A DNA stretch of 64,000 nt from the human T2T-CHM13v2.0 reference genome, Homo sapiens: the NCBI RefSeq assembly GCF_009914755.1, contig NC_060937.1; one strand, written 5' to 3'. A program made the position numbers and the translations under genes. Positions 1 to 17,182 of this stretch are shown here, in pieces. How positions within the stretch are numbered: position 1 is the stretch's first letter; the number at the start of each line of letters is the position of its first letter. The notes below the pieces were generated by a model. It was not told where the DNA came from and did no database searches. It saw only the letters and a program-made list of their open reading frames with translations.

Positions 1-2175
1 AGTAAAATTCCCAGATGTAAGATTCCAGTTGAAAATTCTTGTTTGTGGTTGGTAACTGTAGATGAAAAGTTTGTTCTTAATAGGCTGTGTCTTTCAGCAT
101 ACATAGAGCTTAACATAGGCTGGGAGAGGCTAAACCACTGATTTTGTCTTCATTCTAGTTCTTTTGGTAGTAATCAAAGTAATATGTAAATATGTATTTT
201 CAATGTAAACCCTTAGCAAAATATCACCATTATAATAAAATATTTGCATGTTATCAACATTTTTCATTGAGCTAGGATTAGCTCGACACACAGGAGACTG
301 AAAACACATAATATATGCTTTGCCAAGTGAAGGCAAACTGAAGAGGACTAATGAAGGCAACTGAAGAGAACTAATAAAGATGCATTAGCAAGATCGAAGG
401 CTGCATACACTTCCAACTAGGCATGACTTATTTCAGTCCTGTTACGATGTTAGACATTTTTGAAACAATATCAACCTTTTTCATGTTTAAACCTCAGTTG
501 CTGGCATCACTGTAATACTCTAAGCATACCTGGCTTCCACAGAGAAAACTGGGCTATTAAGTTAGAAGATAATATTGTACAGTACCCTGGTCTGTACAAA
601 ATACTTATGAGTTGCTGAATAAAATTGTCTTTTTCTGATATACAATGTAGGTTCAATTTTCCAAACTTGGCAAGATTTAGGAATATAAGCTGTTTGGGGC
701 CATATGTTTGGCTGACCTTTATAGAGTCCAAAAACAGAGGTGTCAATGAATGCATCCTAATCAGCATGTCCATGTGATGACTACCCAGAATATCTTCATA
801 AAACACAAAGACTGACAGAAAAACAGTATATATAGTTCAGATACAAAATACAAAATCATAGCCTCATAAATTCTTTCCCTTTATTAATTTCAGAGATTCA
901 TGACCTCAGACATTTCCCCAAATCTTATCTTCATCTTGGTTTATCTTGTTTCCGTAATTCTCTGCATTAATTCCAGGTAAAAGCCATGTATCAGCCCATT
1001 GGCTGGTCTGTCTTTGATCCACAAAAGCTTTAAAATCTATTCCAGCTATATGCATTAGCTCATCTACTTTGTTGATAATCTGAACTGTCCCCTATGTCTG
1101 CTAGCTGTGCATGCTGTTCTAAGTAAACCAGGTACCACCTTTCAGTCATAAAAATATAATGTATTCTTGTTATTATTTGTTTATTTGTTTTTCCATCCTT
1201 CAAAGAACTTGGGCAGCTCTTCTTAGGTTAACAGCAACCTTACTCTCTGAGCTTTTGCATGTAAGTTCATAAAAATTTATATTTGTAATATCTACCTGCT
1301 GAATTAAATGTTTCATTATTTTTAAGGACCTTTCTTCTAAGGCTTCATCTAATATTGAAATAGCTACATTCACTTATGTGCTTAAAGTTTTCCTGGGCTA
1401 TCTTTGATCCTTATTCCTTTTTTAGGTGTCCCTTTAAAATAGCTGGATTTTGCAAAGTTCTTTTTAATTGTATTGTTAGCCATTTATATCTGTCTTAATT
1501 ACTATTATTTGGACTTTCCAACCATTTTATTTTATGCTTTTTACTTAGCATTCACTTTCTGTTTCTTTGATTTTTTTTCTCTTTCTTATCCTTTCTTCAT
1601 TTGGGTTAGTTGATTTTTCTCTGAAATCTTTGTGTATGTGTGTGTGTGTGTATTTCTGTGTTAACTAATTGGATAATTATTGATATTACTTTATTGGTTA
1701 ACTCAAAAATGTCAACATAAGAACTTAAATTATTAAAATGTATAATGTTTTTCCTGGCGTTTGTTTAATACAATAGAAAATAAAGTATTACACTGAAAAA
1801 AGAAACGTTTAATTTAATCACTAATGAAATCTCAAACTTCAAAACCTCAGAGCACTTTTTTTCACTCACGCTTTCTCAACTTTGATATTGTTCTGTAGAT
1901 TATTTTTATTGTCTTATTTTAATCACAAACTAGTTTATAGTTATTATGCAGATACCCCATGTTTTTTTCATATAGTGAGACTGGTTTGAAACTAAAAAAA
2001 GCCAAACGGGGTATAATAATAAATTCTTATCAATTAATGTATAAGTATGTTGCAAGGCTCACAGTTAAACTGCAAGTCTTTTTTGTCATTGTCACCACAA
2101 AATGAAGAATTGAAAATCAAGAGTTTAAAAAATGATGCTTGTGAGAGCAACAGTTTAACTTATTGCAAATTCCAG

Positions 2176-2325
2176 CTCTGCTCAAAATTTAATGCACATA
2201 GGTACCACTGGCCATCTTGTTAACATTTAGATTCTGATTTAAAAACGTGAGGTGGGACTTGAAATTTTGCCTTTCTCTCACACTAACAGCTGATATTCCT
2301 GCTGACAGTCCATGGATCATGCTTT
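2176..2325 (+). mobile_element. MER5A/B-like hAT-Charlie DNA transposon fragment
   Basis: Degenerate match to MER5 motifs (cttgttaa..agattctgatt..gtggg..gaaatttgc..gctgat..gtccatggatca); boundaries approximate. Confidence 0.5.
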
Positions 2326-2417
2326 ATTTTAAAGGGAATGGTCCTTTTAAGCACCAGAATAAGAACATATTTCATATGGAGGGAGAATGGAACATACTAC
2401 TTTCTCCATATTTAAGT

Positions 2418-3965
2418 AACCAAAGCTTGAGCAAAAAGAAAAAAGCTGAAGGTGTCATACTACCTAACTTCAAAATATACTATGAAGCTATGGTAATCAA
2501 AACAGCATAGTAATGGCACAAAAGCATACATGTAGACCAATAGAACAGAATAGAGAACCCAGAAATAAATCCACACATTTGTTGTCAATTGATTTTAGAC
2601 AAAGGTGCCAAGAACAAACCATAGAGGAAGGACATTTTCTTTAATAAATGGTTTTGAGAAAACTGGATATCCACATGCAGAGAATGAAATTAAGCCCTAA
2701 TCTCACACCCCATATACAAATCAACTCAAAATAGATTAAATCCCTAAACATATGACCTGAAACCATAAAACTACTAGAAGAAAACAGGGGAAAAGATCCA
2801 TGGTGTTGGTCTGGGAAATTATTTTTTGGATATAACCCAAAAAATACAGACAACAAAATAAAAAAAACCTACAAATGAGATTATAGAAACTAAAACCTTA
2901 CTGCGCAGCTAAGGAAACAATCAGCAAAGTGAAGAGACAACCTATATAATGGGAAAATATATTTGCAAACTATACATCTGACAGTGGGTTAATATCCTGA
3001 ATATGTAAGGAACTCAAACAACTATACAGAGAGAAAACAAACAACACAATTACAAAAATGGGCAAAGGAGTTGAAAAGATTTTTCTCAAAACAAGACACA
3101 TAAATGGTAAATATGTGTATAAAAAAATGCTCACCCTCACTAATCATCAGAGAAAAGCTAATTAAAATCACAATATTATCTCACCCTGTTACAATGTTTT
3201 TTATAATCAGATGAAAGATAAAAAGTACTGGCAAGGATGTGGAGAAAAGGGAACACTTGCATATTGTTGGTGACAATGTAAATTAGTAAAGCTATTATGG
3301 AAAACTGCAAGGAAGTTCCTCAAAACTTAAAAACAGAGCTAACATATAATCCAGCAATCCAAATACTGGGTATATATCCAAAGGAAATGAAATCAGTATT
3401 TTAAAGAAATACTCATTGCAACATTATTCATAGTAGCCAAGAAATGGAGTCAATCTAAGTATCTATCATAGGATAAAATGTGGTACATATACACAACGAA
3501 ATACTATCTCACTTTATAAAAGAAAGAAATTCTATCATTTGTTACAACATGGATGAACCCGGAGGACATCATGTTATGTAAAATGAGCTAGGCACAGAAA
3601 GGCTAATTCACATATATGTGGAATTTTTAAAAGTTTCACTCACAAAAGGATAGAGTATAATGCTGGTTACTAAGAACTGGGGGAGAAGGGTAGGAAAGAA
3701 TACAAAATGTCAGTCATATAAGAAGTATAAATTCAAAGATATATTGGACAACATGGCAACTACAGTCAATTACAATGCATTGTATACTTGAAAATCACTA
3801 CTAGAGTAAATTTCACCAAACACAAACACACACGCACACAAAAGATGAGTATATCAGGTAATGCATATGTCAGTGAGCACAATTTAGGCCTTCAACAACG
3901 TGTATGTATTTCAAAACATTATGTCGGCACATGATAAATATATGTAATTTTATTTAAAAATAAAG
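2418..3965 (+). mobile_element. 5'-truncated L1MA-type LINE-1 (ORF2 C-terminus + 3'UTR), degenerate
   Basis: ORF2 remnant KKKKAEGVILPNFKIYYEAMVIKTA, followed by L1 sequence (gaacagaatagagaacccagaaataaatcc, acaacatggatgaacc) and an L1MA-type 3'UTR ending in an A-rich tail; many stops. Confidence 0.9.
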
Positions 3966-5543
3966 TATTTAAAAGAACATACTTAAACATGTGTAGGAAT
4001 TTTAGTTATACTAAATGTATTTTTATTTATGTTTTGCAATTTCTATGGAAACAATTTGAAGAAAAACTGTCACAATGAAAGTTGGTAAAGTATAACTAAT
4101 TAAATAAAAGTGATATGCCATTTTCATAAACTTCAATTCTGAAATAAAATCACTTCACAAATAATAAATACCCATGTGTTTTTAGCTGCATAATTGTCTC
4201 TTTATATCCAACGTCTTTAAGCCATAGATCAATATCCTATTTTTGGTTTATTTTTCCCAAAATAGGCTTAAATGTGTCAGTGTAGCTATATACCAGCCAT
4301 AAGGTATCATGTGCTATTTTCCAAATTATTAAAAAATCCACTTTAGATAGGTTTTCAATTAATCTTCTTCATTTAGTTTAGCAAATGTGTTCTAACATCT
4401 TTAAATTCAGAGAAAAGAGTTAATTTTTAGACTAAATTATCTAAAGTTTTTATGTTTTGTTTGTACTGCTTCACAATATCTATGCTTATAATTTTCAGAT
4501 TTATTCCTTAATTTTTGATTATTCTCAATATTTTCCCAACAAGTAGAAGACAAATTTATTAAATTTATAACCTAAATTTGTAATTTATTTATGTACTTTA
4601 ATTTTTGAAGAGAATAGACCCTATATATCAAAGAATTGCTACTAGAAACTTTTTAAAAACTCCTTTGTTTATGAAAAGAAGAATGCAAGAAAAAAGATGT
4701 TTAAATTCATATGAGATATTACGTTTCAAAGAGAGATCAGGTTGATTTAAAGAAGACGTGTTTATGCAAAAGTAATCTTGATTCATTTTTACCTTTGATT
4801 ACTTTTTATCTGGCAAGGCTGAACCCACTGACTTTTCTCTGCACCTGTAATTATAAAAAAATAAATAGAAAGTAAGAGAACTCACCCAGAATATATTAAA
4901 GAATAACATGATTCATATGTAACAGCAGCATATTATCACTGTATTGCAATATATCTTTTTTTTCCAAAAACTTGGTTTTACTTATATGTGTATACCTAGG
5001 AATACTTGTTTAACAATGACTAAGATAATCTGTATTATCATTATCATTAATCTCCATTCCTTCTGTCTTCTGATATCTACTGGAAATAAATTAAGCCTCA
5101 TAATAAAAGATTATAATCAATGCATATTTGTAGACTAGAAACCAGTTTTTTTAATTTTATGTATATTAGAGAATAAAACCTAAAAGCAATTTTAGACTGC
5201 CTATTTTAAACAAGTTGAAAGATTTTTCTTTTTTTTTGCTTATAAGTTTAATTACAAACATGCCTGTTTACATTGAACTCTTCATGTACGTAAACTGTTG
5301 TAATTGATGTTAGACACATGCATACTTGGAACATAAAGTCATATGTAATCCAATGTCCATACTGAATCACAGGAAAGATACAGGATTTTAATGAATCAAT
5401 AAATGAATAGTTTTATATACCAAGGCCGCCTTATTTCTTGTTTGTATTTGGATATTTGTTTGTAAAACTTTAAAGTCTATTCCCAGGTAAATATAATAAA
5501 ACACCCATTTGATAATTTGTAACTAATATTTGCATTGTCATAT

Positions 5544-6946
5544 TGAGAGGTGACAACATGCTAGCAGCCCTAGCTCGCTCGCGGCGCCTCCTTGGCCCCG
5601 GTGTCCACTCTGGCCACGCTTGAGGAGCCCTTCCGCCCTTCAGCCCGCTGCTGCACTGTGGGAGCCCTCTCTGGGCCTGGCCGAGGCCGGCACCGGCTCC
5701 CTCTGCTTGAGGGGAGATGTGGAGGGAGAGACTAGGGCGGGAACTGGGGCTGCGCCTAGCGCTCGCGAGCCAGCGCGAGTTCTGGGTGGGTGCAGGCTCC
5801 GCGGGCCCGCACTTGGAGTGGCCGGCTGGCGCCGCTGGCCCCGGGCAGTGAGGGGTTTAGCACCCGGGCCAGCAGCTGCAGAGGGTGCGCCAGGTCCCCC
5901 AGCACTGCCGGCCCGCCCACGCCGCGCTCGAATTCTCGCCCCGGGCCTCAGCCACCTCCGCTTGGCTGGGCTGAGGACCCGCAGCCCGCCATGCCCAGCG
6001 CCCCCCGCCCCGTGGTGGGCTCCCGCGCGGCCGGAGCCTCCCCTACGGGCGCCACCCCCTGCTCCGCCCCCTGCTCCGCGGCTCCAGGTCCCATCAACTA
6101 CCCAAGGTCTGAAGAGTGCGGGAACGCGGCACAGGACTGGCAGGCAGCTCCACCCACAGCCCCGGAGCGGGATCCACCAAGCAAAGCCAGCTGGGCTCCT
6201 GAGTTGGGTGGGGATTTGGAGAAGTTTTATGTCCAGCTGGAGAATTGTATATGCACCAATCAGCACTCTGTGTCTAGCTCAGGGTTCGTGGATACACCAA
6301 TCAGCACTCTGTATCTAGCCTGGTGGGGACTTGCAGAACTTTTATTTCTAGCTAGGGGATTGTAAATGCACCAATCAGCACTCTGTGTCTAGCTCAGGGA
6401 TTGTAAATGCACCAATCAGCACTCTGTCAAAACAGGCCAATCAGCTCTCTGTAAAATGGACCAATCAGCTCTCTGTAAAATGGACCAATCAGCAGCATGT
6501 GGGTGGGGCCAGATAAAGGAATAAAAGCAGGCTGCCCAAGCCAGCAGAGGCAACCCAGTCGGGTCTCCTTCCATGCTGTGGTAGATCTTCCATGCTGTGG
6601 TAGATTTGTTCTTTTGCTCTTTGCAATGAATTTTGCTGCTGCTCACTTTTTGGGTCCACCTGTGAGCTGTAACACTAACCATGAAGGGCTGCAGCTTCAC
6701 TCCTGAGGCCAGCGAGACCATGAACCCACGGGAAGGAACGAAGAAGTTCAGATGCGCCGCTTTTAAGAGCTGTAACGCTCACTGCGAAGGTCTGCAGCTT
6801 CACTTCTGAAGTCAGTGAGACCACGAACCCACCAGTAAGAAGAAACTCCAGACACACCACATTTAAGAACTGTAAGACTCACTGTGAGGGTCCATGCCTT
6901 CATTCTTGAGGTCAGCGAGACCAAGAACCCACCAATTCTGGACACA
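5544..6946 (+). mobile_element. Solo LTR12 (ERV9 LTR; LTR12C/E-like), about 1.4 kb
   Basis: Starts TGAGAGGTGACAAC and ends CCAATTCTGGACACA; GC/CpG-rich U3; tandem CACCAATCAGCACTCTG repeats; U5 repeats (GAGCTGTAACAC...GAGACCA.GAACCCAC); 4-bp TSD ATAT/GTAT (3/4 match). Confidence 0.95.
6250..6530 (+). promoter_or_regulatory. LTR12 enhancer/promoter: 7 CCAAT (NF-Y) boxes, GGGTGGGG box, GATA site, AATAAAA TATA-like element
   Basis: Seven CCAATCAG copies between about 6256 and 6492, then GGGTGGGGCC-AGATAA-AGG-AATAAAAG, matching the known ERV9 LTR promoter architecture. Activity is not shown by sequence. Confidence 0.75.
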
Positions 6947-7794
6947 GTATCAGCATAATCAATGTTAACAAGTAACTCTTTGTCCATATATTTTACTTTA
7001 TATTGAGGAAAGTAACTGGTAAGTAGAAAAAATAGTGTGTTAATGCTCTTTATTGCATTCATATGTGGAAGGACATTATTACTGTTCAATAGAAAATATA
7101 ACCCCCAAATTCATGGGACACTAAGTAGTTTTGTGTGTAAGGCAGCAAGCTTATTCCAGCATTTTTTTCTGTAGTTCCCCTTGAATTTTCCTCGAATTAG
7201 ATTTGATGTTCTCTGATCACCCCATTGAAAAGAAAAAGTTTCGACACAAGTTCATTTTAATATTACGTCAGCCATAATTTTAACTTTTGAAAGTTATAAA
7301 TTGGAATGGTGGAGAAGGGTTAGGAAAGAATACAAAATTTCATATAGGAAGTATAATTTCAAAGGTATATATATAGCACTTCTCAAATTGATATTAAAGG
7401 GATGTTACTAGATTGTTTTCAAAGAAACGAACAAAATCTTCTCCCGAGGATAAACATTTAACTCAGGTCAATTTAAAGATGTTTTGTTACTGTGGGACAT
7501 TTTAGAAACTTTAATAAATTTCAATTTAATGTGGGTATTTCAATAGTTTATGCTCTTCTTAAACTGGGAAGATTTGTTTTATTGGTTCAATTACCTTAAA
7601 GAATGTATCCACTTTTTTGATTCTTTATGGAAGACTCTTATTAAAAGTGATTAAAATTATATCATGTTATTTTTATATCTCATAATTTAATATTTTTATA
7701 TGGTTTTAGTATAATTCTTGACTGTAAGAAGTATCTTTCCAAACTTCGTTTGTGTTGGTCCATTTTCATAGTGGTAATGACATTTCTGAAAGAG

Positions 7795-10489
<2,695 letters not shown>

Positions 10490-10849
10490 GAAAGGCAAAC
10501 GTGACCTAGATTTCTAGTTATTTTGTCTCATTCTTACGAGAACATTAGGGTGACCTGACTAAGGCCATATACACTAAAAGGATAGGAAGTAATCTGAAGT
10601 GGTGACTGACCTGACAGTCAGGATCTATGCTGATTTGGTGGAGAACTGGGTCAGGATATACTGTGCCATTGTTGTTGGCAATTCCTGACAAGCCAATGTA
10701 ACTTAGATTTTCTAAGCCAGATAAAAGTGTTGAACATAAATTTTTATCTACTATCAAAGAGTAAAATATTGATTTAAAATACTGAATAGTAAAAAGCCAT
10801 TGGAAAAGAACAGACATTATTGTTGGGTAAGACTCATAATAGCCAATAT

Positions 10850-10985
10850 TTCTAAGTACTTTTCATATACCTGTATTAGAGTCTTTATTCCTCATAACAG
10901 CTCATAAATGGAGGCTCACAGAGACTGTATAACTTGCTTAAGGCTACAGAAATGGTCAGTGGCAGAAATGATATTCCAACATGGG
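10850..10985 (-). mobile_element. MIR fragment
   Basis: Reverse-complement MIR core (gaggctcacagag..taacttgcttaaggctaca..agtggcaga). Confidence 0.55.
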
Positions 10986-10987
10986 CA

Positions 10988-11410
10988 CGCAGCTGAACTG
11001 CGTCATCCAGAAAAATATAGGTTGAAGTTCTAACACTAGTCCCTCAGAAGGTAACTTATTTGAAAATACGGTCTTTGCAGATTTAACAAGGTTAAGATGA
11101 ATTAATTAGAGTGAGTCTAAAACCAATATGACTGGTGTCCTTTTAAAATGGGGGCATTTGAACACAAACACATACAAAAAGAAGATGGTGTGAAGACATA
11201 CAAGGAGTATTATGTGAAGACCAAGGATTAAAGTGATACATCTACAAGAAAAAGATGCCTAATGTCACCAAAAGCTGGAAGAGAGGCATGGGAGCGTTCC
11301 TTCCCAGGTGCCTTTATAAGGAGACTAGCCTTGCTGACACCTCTCACATAATACATGTCTGTTATTATAAGGCACCAAGTTTATTATAGCAGTCCTGGGA
11401 AATTAATACA
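10988..11410 (+). mobile_element. MLT1B/C solo LTR (MaLR)
   Basis: cttatttgaaaatacggtctttgcagat..ttaagatga, ccaatatgactggtgtcctt, and an end reading ttatagcagtcctgggaaattaataca. Confidence 0.8.
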
Positions 11411-11928
11411 GGCAATTTAGTTTGAAAATCAATGTATCATCTCAAAGGCTTTGATCTTTGCATACAACGTTTTCACATTTTAAATTTAAATTTTGAAATC
11501 ACACAGTAACATTGACTACTTGTGAGACATTTTACTTTGCTAGAATTTGATAAAGGAAAATTAGATACTTCTCACATTAGTTGAAATATGTAAAATGATT
11601 TTAAAAATATGAAAATAAAATCAAGAATAACCACCGCAGTAAAAATACTTTGGCTTTATAGACTCTAAAATTAATACCATTTGTTAAATATGCTACCTAT
11701 TAAGTGTTTAAAGCATACTATATTAAAAGTAGAAGGTTTAATCTGATAATTTTATGAGGGAAAAAATGTACACTTTTTTAAACACATGAAAAATGATCCT
11801 TTTAAAGTCAATTGAACAACTGACACATAAATCATTGAAACAAATGCTTTGAAAGTTGACATCTGTTGCTACATTGCAATGTCTTATATTCTGTGAAATT
11901 AATAAATAAATTTTATGCAGCTTATCAA

Positions 11929-12305
11929 TGTATTATTCTGTTCATACATTGCTGTAAAGAACTGAGACTGGGTAATTTATGAGAAAAGAGGTTTAATTGA
12001 TTCACAGTTCTCCAACTGCACAGGAAGTATGGCTGGGGAGGCCTCAGGAAACCTACAATAATGATGGAAGTCACAGGAGAGGCAGGCACGTCTTCTCATG
12101 GCTGAGAAGAAGACATAGAGCGAAGGGAAAAGTGCTGCACACTTTCCAACAACCAGATTTCATGAGAACTCAGTCGCTATCACAGAAACAACAAGGGAGA
12201 AATCCACCCCCATGATCCAATCACCTCCCACCAGGCCCGCTTCCAACACTGGGGAATACAATTCGACATGAGATTTGGGCAGGGACACAAATTCAAACCA
12301 TATCA
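11929..12305 (-). mobile_element. MSTA-type solo LTR
   Basis: Reverse complement of TGATATGGTTTG...TAATACA; 5-bp TSD ATCAA/ATCAG. Confidence 0.9.
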
Positions 12306-13359
12306 ATCAGTAATTATTTCTTTCTTTAAAGTATAATGTATTAATTTAACTCTCTAAATGTCTTTTTAGAATGTGTGTGGGTCAGCAGCAGGTCCTTGTA
12401 TTGCAGGCTTTCACAACAGATGGCTTTTGATTGTCATTACATTAGAGTTAACCACTAAATACTCCTTGGTTTGTCTGAGGTACTGTGAATGCTAGCTAGA
12501 ATCTTCCTTGTACTGATTATACAGTTCATGGCATCTGCCCATTTTCTGCTTCATTGTGCCCTGTCAAAAATAGATACTATTATCTTCAAAAGTTTCACTG
12601 CAAATGAGAAACATGCTGAGGCTACAGTTCATGCACACCAGTAGAGTGTCTATCAGGCTTAGAAGGTGTGAACATACTAAAACTGAGGGCCATTAATTAT
12701 AGCAATTTTACAAGTGGGATGGCATATTTTATATCAAGAAAATAATGCATAGGGATTTATTGTACTAAGATTGTCCTTTATTGAATGGCCTTTAATTTTA
12801 TCAAGTAAAAATCATCTCAATTATTTTTCATGGTCTAAGACATTTACTGTTTTGTTCAATTCTGACACTACTTTTCAAAATGCACGCATCAGCAAGACTC
12901 ATGAAAAATTATAAGGACCAATGATTTTAAAGTGCTTACATTTTAAATGTAAACAATAAAGTATATTCATAAGCAGAGCTTTATCAAGGTACCAGTGTGT
13001 GACTTAATTTGTTTTTAAAGATTAGGGACCAATATCTGAAGATCTAAACAAAATTTTTGGCTAGGCTGAGTTGACTAGAAGTAGGAGAGAAGAGTGAATT
13101 AATTTTATTCAGGGGGAAAAGCTTGACTGAATGTAAACCTGTAGATAAGTATTAATGATGACCAGGATAAGCAGAGAGAGTAAGAATACGTGCAGAGGGG
13201 CTTTAATGGTAGTGGAAGTTTGTAGAAAGTTGAAGACAACAAAAACAGGCTAAGTGCGTGTGATTCACAGTAAGCTTATTGCCTTAAGTTTTTAGAGCCA
13301 CTGTGTCAAATTGCACGACAAACACCATGGATTTGAGAAAAAGTTCAAAATATTGGAAT

Positions 13360-13715
13360 ACAAAACAAATGAACTTATAGCAACAGAATAGAATAGTGGT
13401 TTCTGGAGGCTGCAGAGTTAGGGAAATGGGAAAATGTTGGTTAAAGGGTACAAAGTTTCAGTGGCACAAGAAGGATAAACCTTTTGAGATCATTTGCATA
13501 ACATGGTGAATACAGCTAATAATCATGTATATTTCAAAATTGCTGAGAATAAAATTAAAATTTTCTCACGACAAAAAATTTAGTATTTGAGGTGGTGGAT
13601 ACATTAATTAGCTTGATTTAATTAGTCTACATGTATACATATATCATAACATTATTTTGTAACCAATACATATATACAATTATAATTTGCTGACATACAA
13701 TAAAATTTTTTAAAA
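13360..13715 (+). mobile_element. L1MA (about MA6-8) 3'UTR fragment
   Basis: gttggttaaagggtacaaagtttcag..tatatttcaaaattgctgaga..ttaattagcttgatttaa, ending in an A-rich tract. Confidence 0.8.
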
Positions 13716-13744
13716 AGACAATTAGTACTGAAAATGTTTATACT

Positions 13745-14120
13745 ACAATTTGTTGAACACCTACTAAATGTCATGCAATATTTCAAATACTTGGGATATG
13801 TTGATAAGCAAAATATACCTGTGGTCATACTGCTTATCTGCTAGCGGATAAAGACTAAATAATATGCAAAAAGCATTAGAATATGGAAGCAGTGACAGAA
13901 GTTGAGAAAGCAGAGACTTGATATGAAGCTGTTACTGTAATCCAGGTAAGAGATGATGGCAACTTTGTAAATAAATGTGATGTGGTATCCTAGATAGCAT
14001 CCTTGAACTGAATAAGAAAATTAGATAAAAGCTAAGGAAATCTGAATAAACTATAGAATTTGGTTAACAATAACATATCAAATATAGGCTCTGCTCAATT
14101 TTTCTATAAATATATTTTAA
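13745..14120. mobile_element. Ancient L2 (minus) and L1ME (plus) fragments
   Basis: atttgttgaacacctacta (L2 3' end reversed) and tccaggtaagagatgatgg; then aaatgtgatgtggtatcctagat..gaaatctgaataaa (L1ME-like). Confidence 0.45.
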
Positions 14121-16122
14121 ATTAATAATAAAATATTGATAATATGCTTAGTTGTCTTATCTTTACACCCCTCCATGTTCCTGCCTTTCCACTTTAATGG
14201 CTTTGCTGTCTCCATCAACCGTTTTGCTGATCAGAATGTTTGGTTGGCCTCCGGCTATAATTTTCCTTAGATCACTTCTTTTTTATCCCCACTCGAAATT
14301 GTACTTGGACATTGTAAAATTTCACAACACTTTGCTACTATGCTTTTTAAAGTTTATTATTTATTATTCAGTGTATCTCAGTGGACCTTATAATGTGGCA
14401 ATATCTGTCTATATTTATTGAGGGATTTTTTTCCAGTATTTATTTATTTATTTCTGCCCACCTCCCATCCTATCTATTGAAACTGCTTCATTTGAAAAGA
14501 TTTTATTCACTTCATGATGAATATCAAAAGTTAATATTTATTCATATGTAGTTTATTTCATTTATTTTTGGTTAGCCCACTGCAAATTATTTTAGTAATC
14601 TTTTCAATTTTCACACACAATTTATCTTTCTCTGATTTAACCGTAGTTGAATGCAAATTGCCACCTTTTCTTTACTCTGAATAGAATTCTTGAATATGGA
14701 GAGGGAAAAGCCCATAGTAGGGGTAGATTTTGGTTAGTTTAGATGCTTGATCACAAACATTGAGTCCTCAGCTGCATCTGGAAATCTACTACATATCTCT
14801 GATTTATGATCTCTTTTTCTTTCAGTTGTATTTTTTGCATCCTTTTTCTTCAAACATATACATCTTCTCACTCTCATCTTATGAGTTTCTTATTTTACTG
14901 AAAAAAAAAAAAAACTAGGAAAAGGTGAGAGTGGAATTTCCTAATCCTACGACAACAAATCTACTTTCATTTAGGGCCTCTTTTGTATAACAAACTGTTT
15001 CCTATCTGAGACTATCCAGTCGACCTGTATACAAGACTTTGTCATTTCTTGCCTTTCTTAAGTAGGCATGTTTCTCAAGTGTCTTTCAAGTTACTTTCTC
15101 TCTTCCTGACTAAAAAATGTCTATCTTTTCAGTACAATTCCTTAAGCAAAATAAGATGTTGTAAAAATTGCACTTTAAAAGATGAAGAAACTTTCATTTG
15201 ATATCACTCTCTAATTGATGGCAATTTCTTTTTCCCACTTTAGCAAATGTAATCAAAAGAGTATTTTCTGCTCACTGATCTACTTTGTCTCTTCCATAGT
15301 CAAACAAGGCTATTGTTTTTACCATTCATTTTAATTTTTCAGTGCTCAGTTTATTTGACTCTCACCTTCATTGTGTTTGGTTGATCAACCACTAAGTCTT
15401 GAAGGACTCATTTTATGATTTTTCACTATTTTTTTGCTTTTCATTTTACTTAGCCGGCTTTTTCTTTTAACTATCTTTTTGTTGAATCATCTTCATCTTC
15501 TAAGTTATGAAATGTTGGGAAACACTCTAAGGCTTTTTTCTAGAGGTGGTCCATCATCCTGAAAGTAAAGAGCAGAAACAGAAAATATATCAGGGTTAAA
15601 TAAGGAAAGAGAATAGAATTATGAAAAGGGTTAGGCTCTGACTTTATAAGCAATTTGATTGTGAATAATGGAATTAAGTGGAGTGAAGGTAAGTGAACAG
15701 TTTGCCTAATCATCTCCCTAATATTCCTTCCAATCTACTTATGTCCATGTCTAATAAATAGTGAATATCTTCTCTGCATTCCATGCCACTTTACACATAT
15801 CAAGATAAATTTTTCTTTCCTTAAATCCTTAAACTTCTCATTCTCTTTTTAATTTTCTTCGAAATATTGAAGCTAACCATCAAGGGTAAGCTAATCTGTT
15901 TCCTATAAATTCTCCCTGTGAATGTGAGATTGAGTAAGTGATTCAGAAGACCCAAAATGAAGAACTTTCATTTTTTTGAGGGTCTGGCCTTCAATGTAAA
16001 GAAGCTAAAGAACTCTAGGATACACTTTATTTTGGTACCTGTTGGAGGAGAACATAGGAATGCAACCAGAAATAAAATGTGTTTTTTACTCTATGTTTTT
16101 TTCTTTACTAGTTTACAATTAA

Positions 16123-16582
<460 letters not shown>

Positions 16583-16825
16583 TATCCACTCTCTTGAACT
16601 TGTGATTGGGTAGTATTTATATACTTTTATTACAGAGCTCAATCAGTTAATATTTTAATGCCTGTTTATATATGTATCGTATGTATGTATGTGTGTATGT
16701 ATCATATATATGTGGGTATATATACACACACATTTTTTTTCTTCTAGGTTTTAAGACTTTTGAAGGAAGTGTTGTAAGGTCTTTCTAGAGTAGACTCCAT
16801 TGTGATTATTTTAAATAAAAATGTG

Positions 16826-17182
<357 letters not shown>

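Noticed and set aside
5620-6365. Three overlapping long ORFs (232, 208 and 191 aa)
   Set aside because: They lie in the GC-rich LTR12 U3, where stop codons are rare; Pro/Ala/Arg/Gly-rich in several frames with no recognisable domain.
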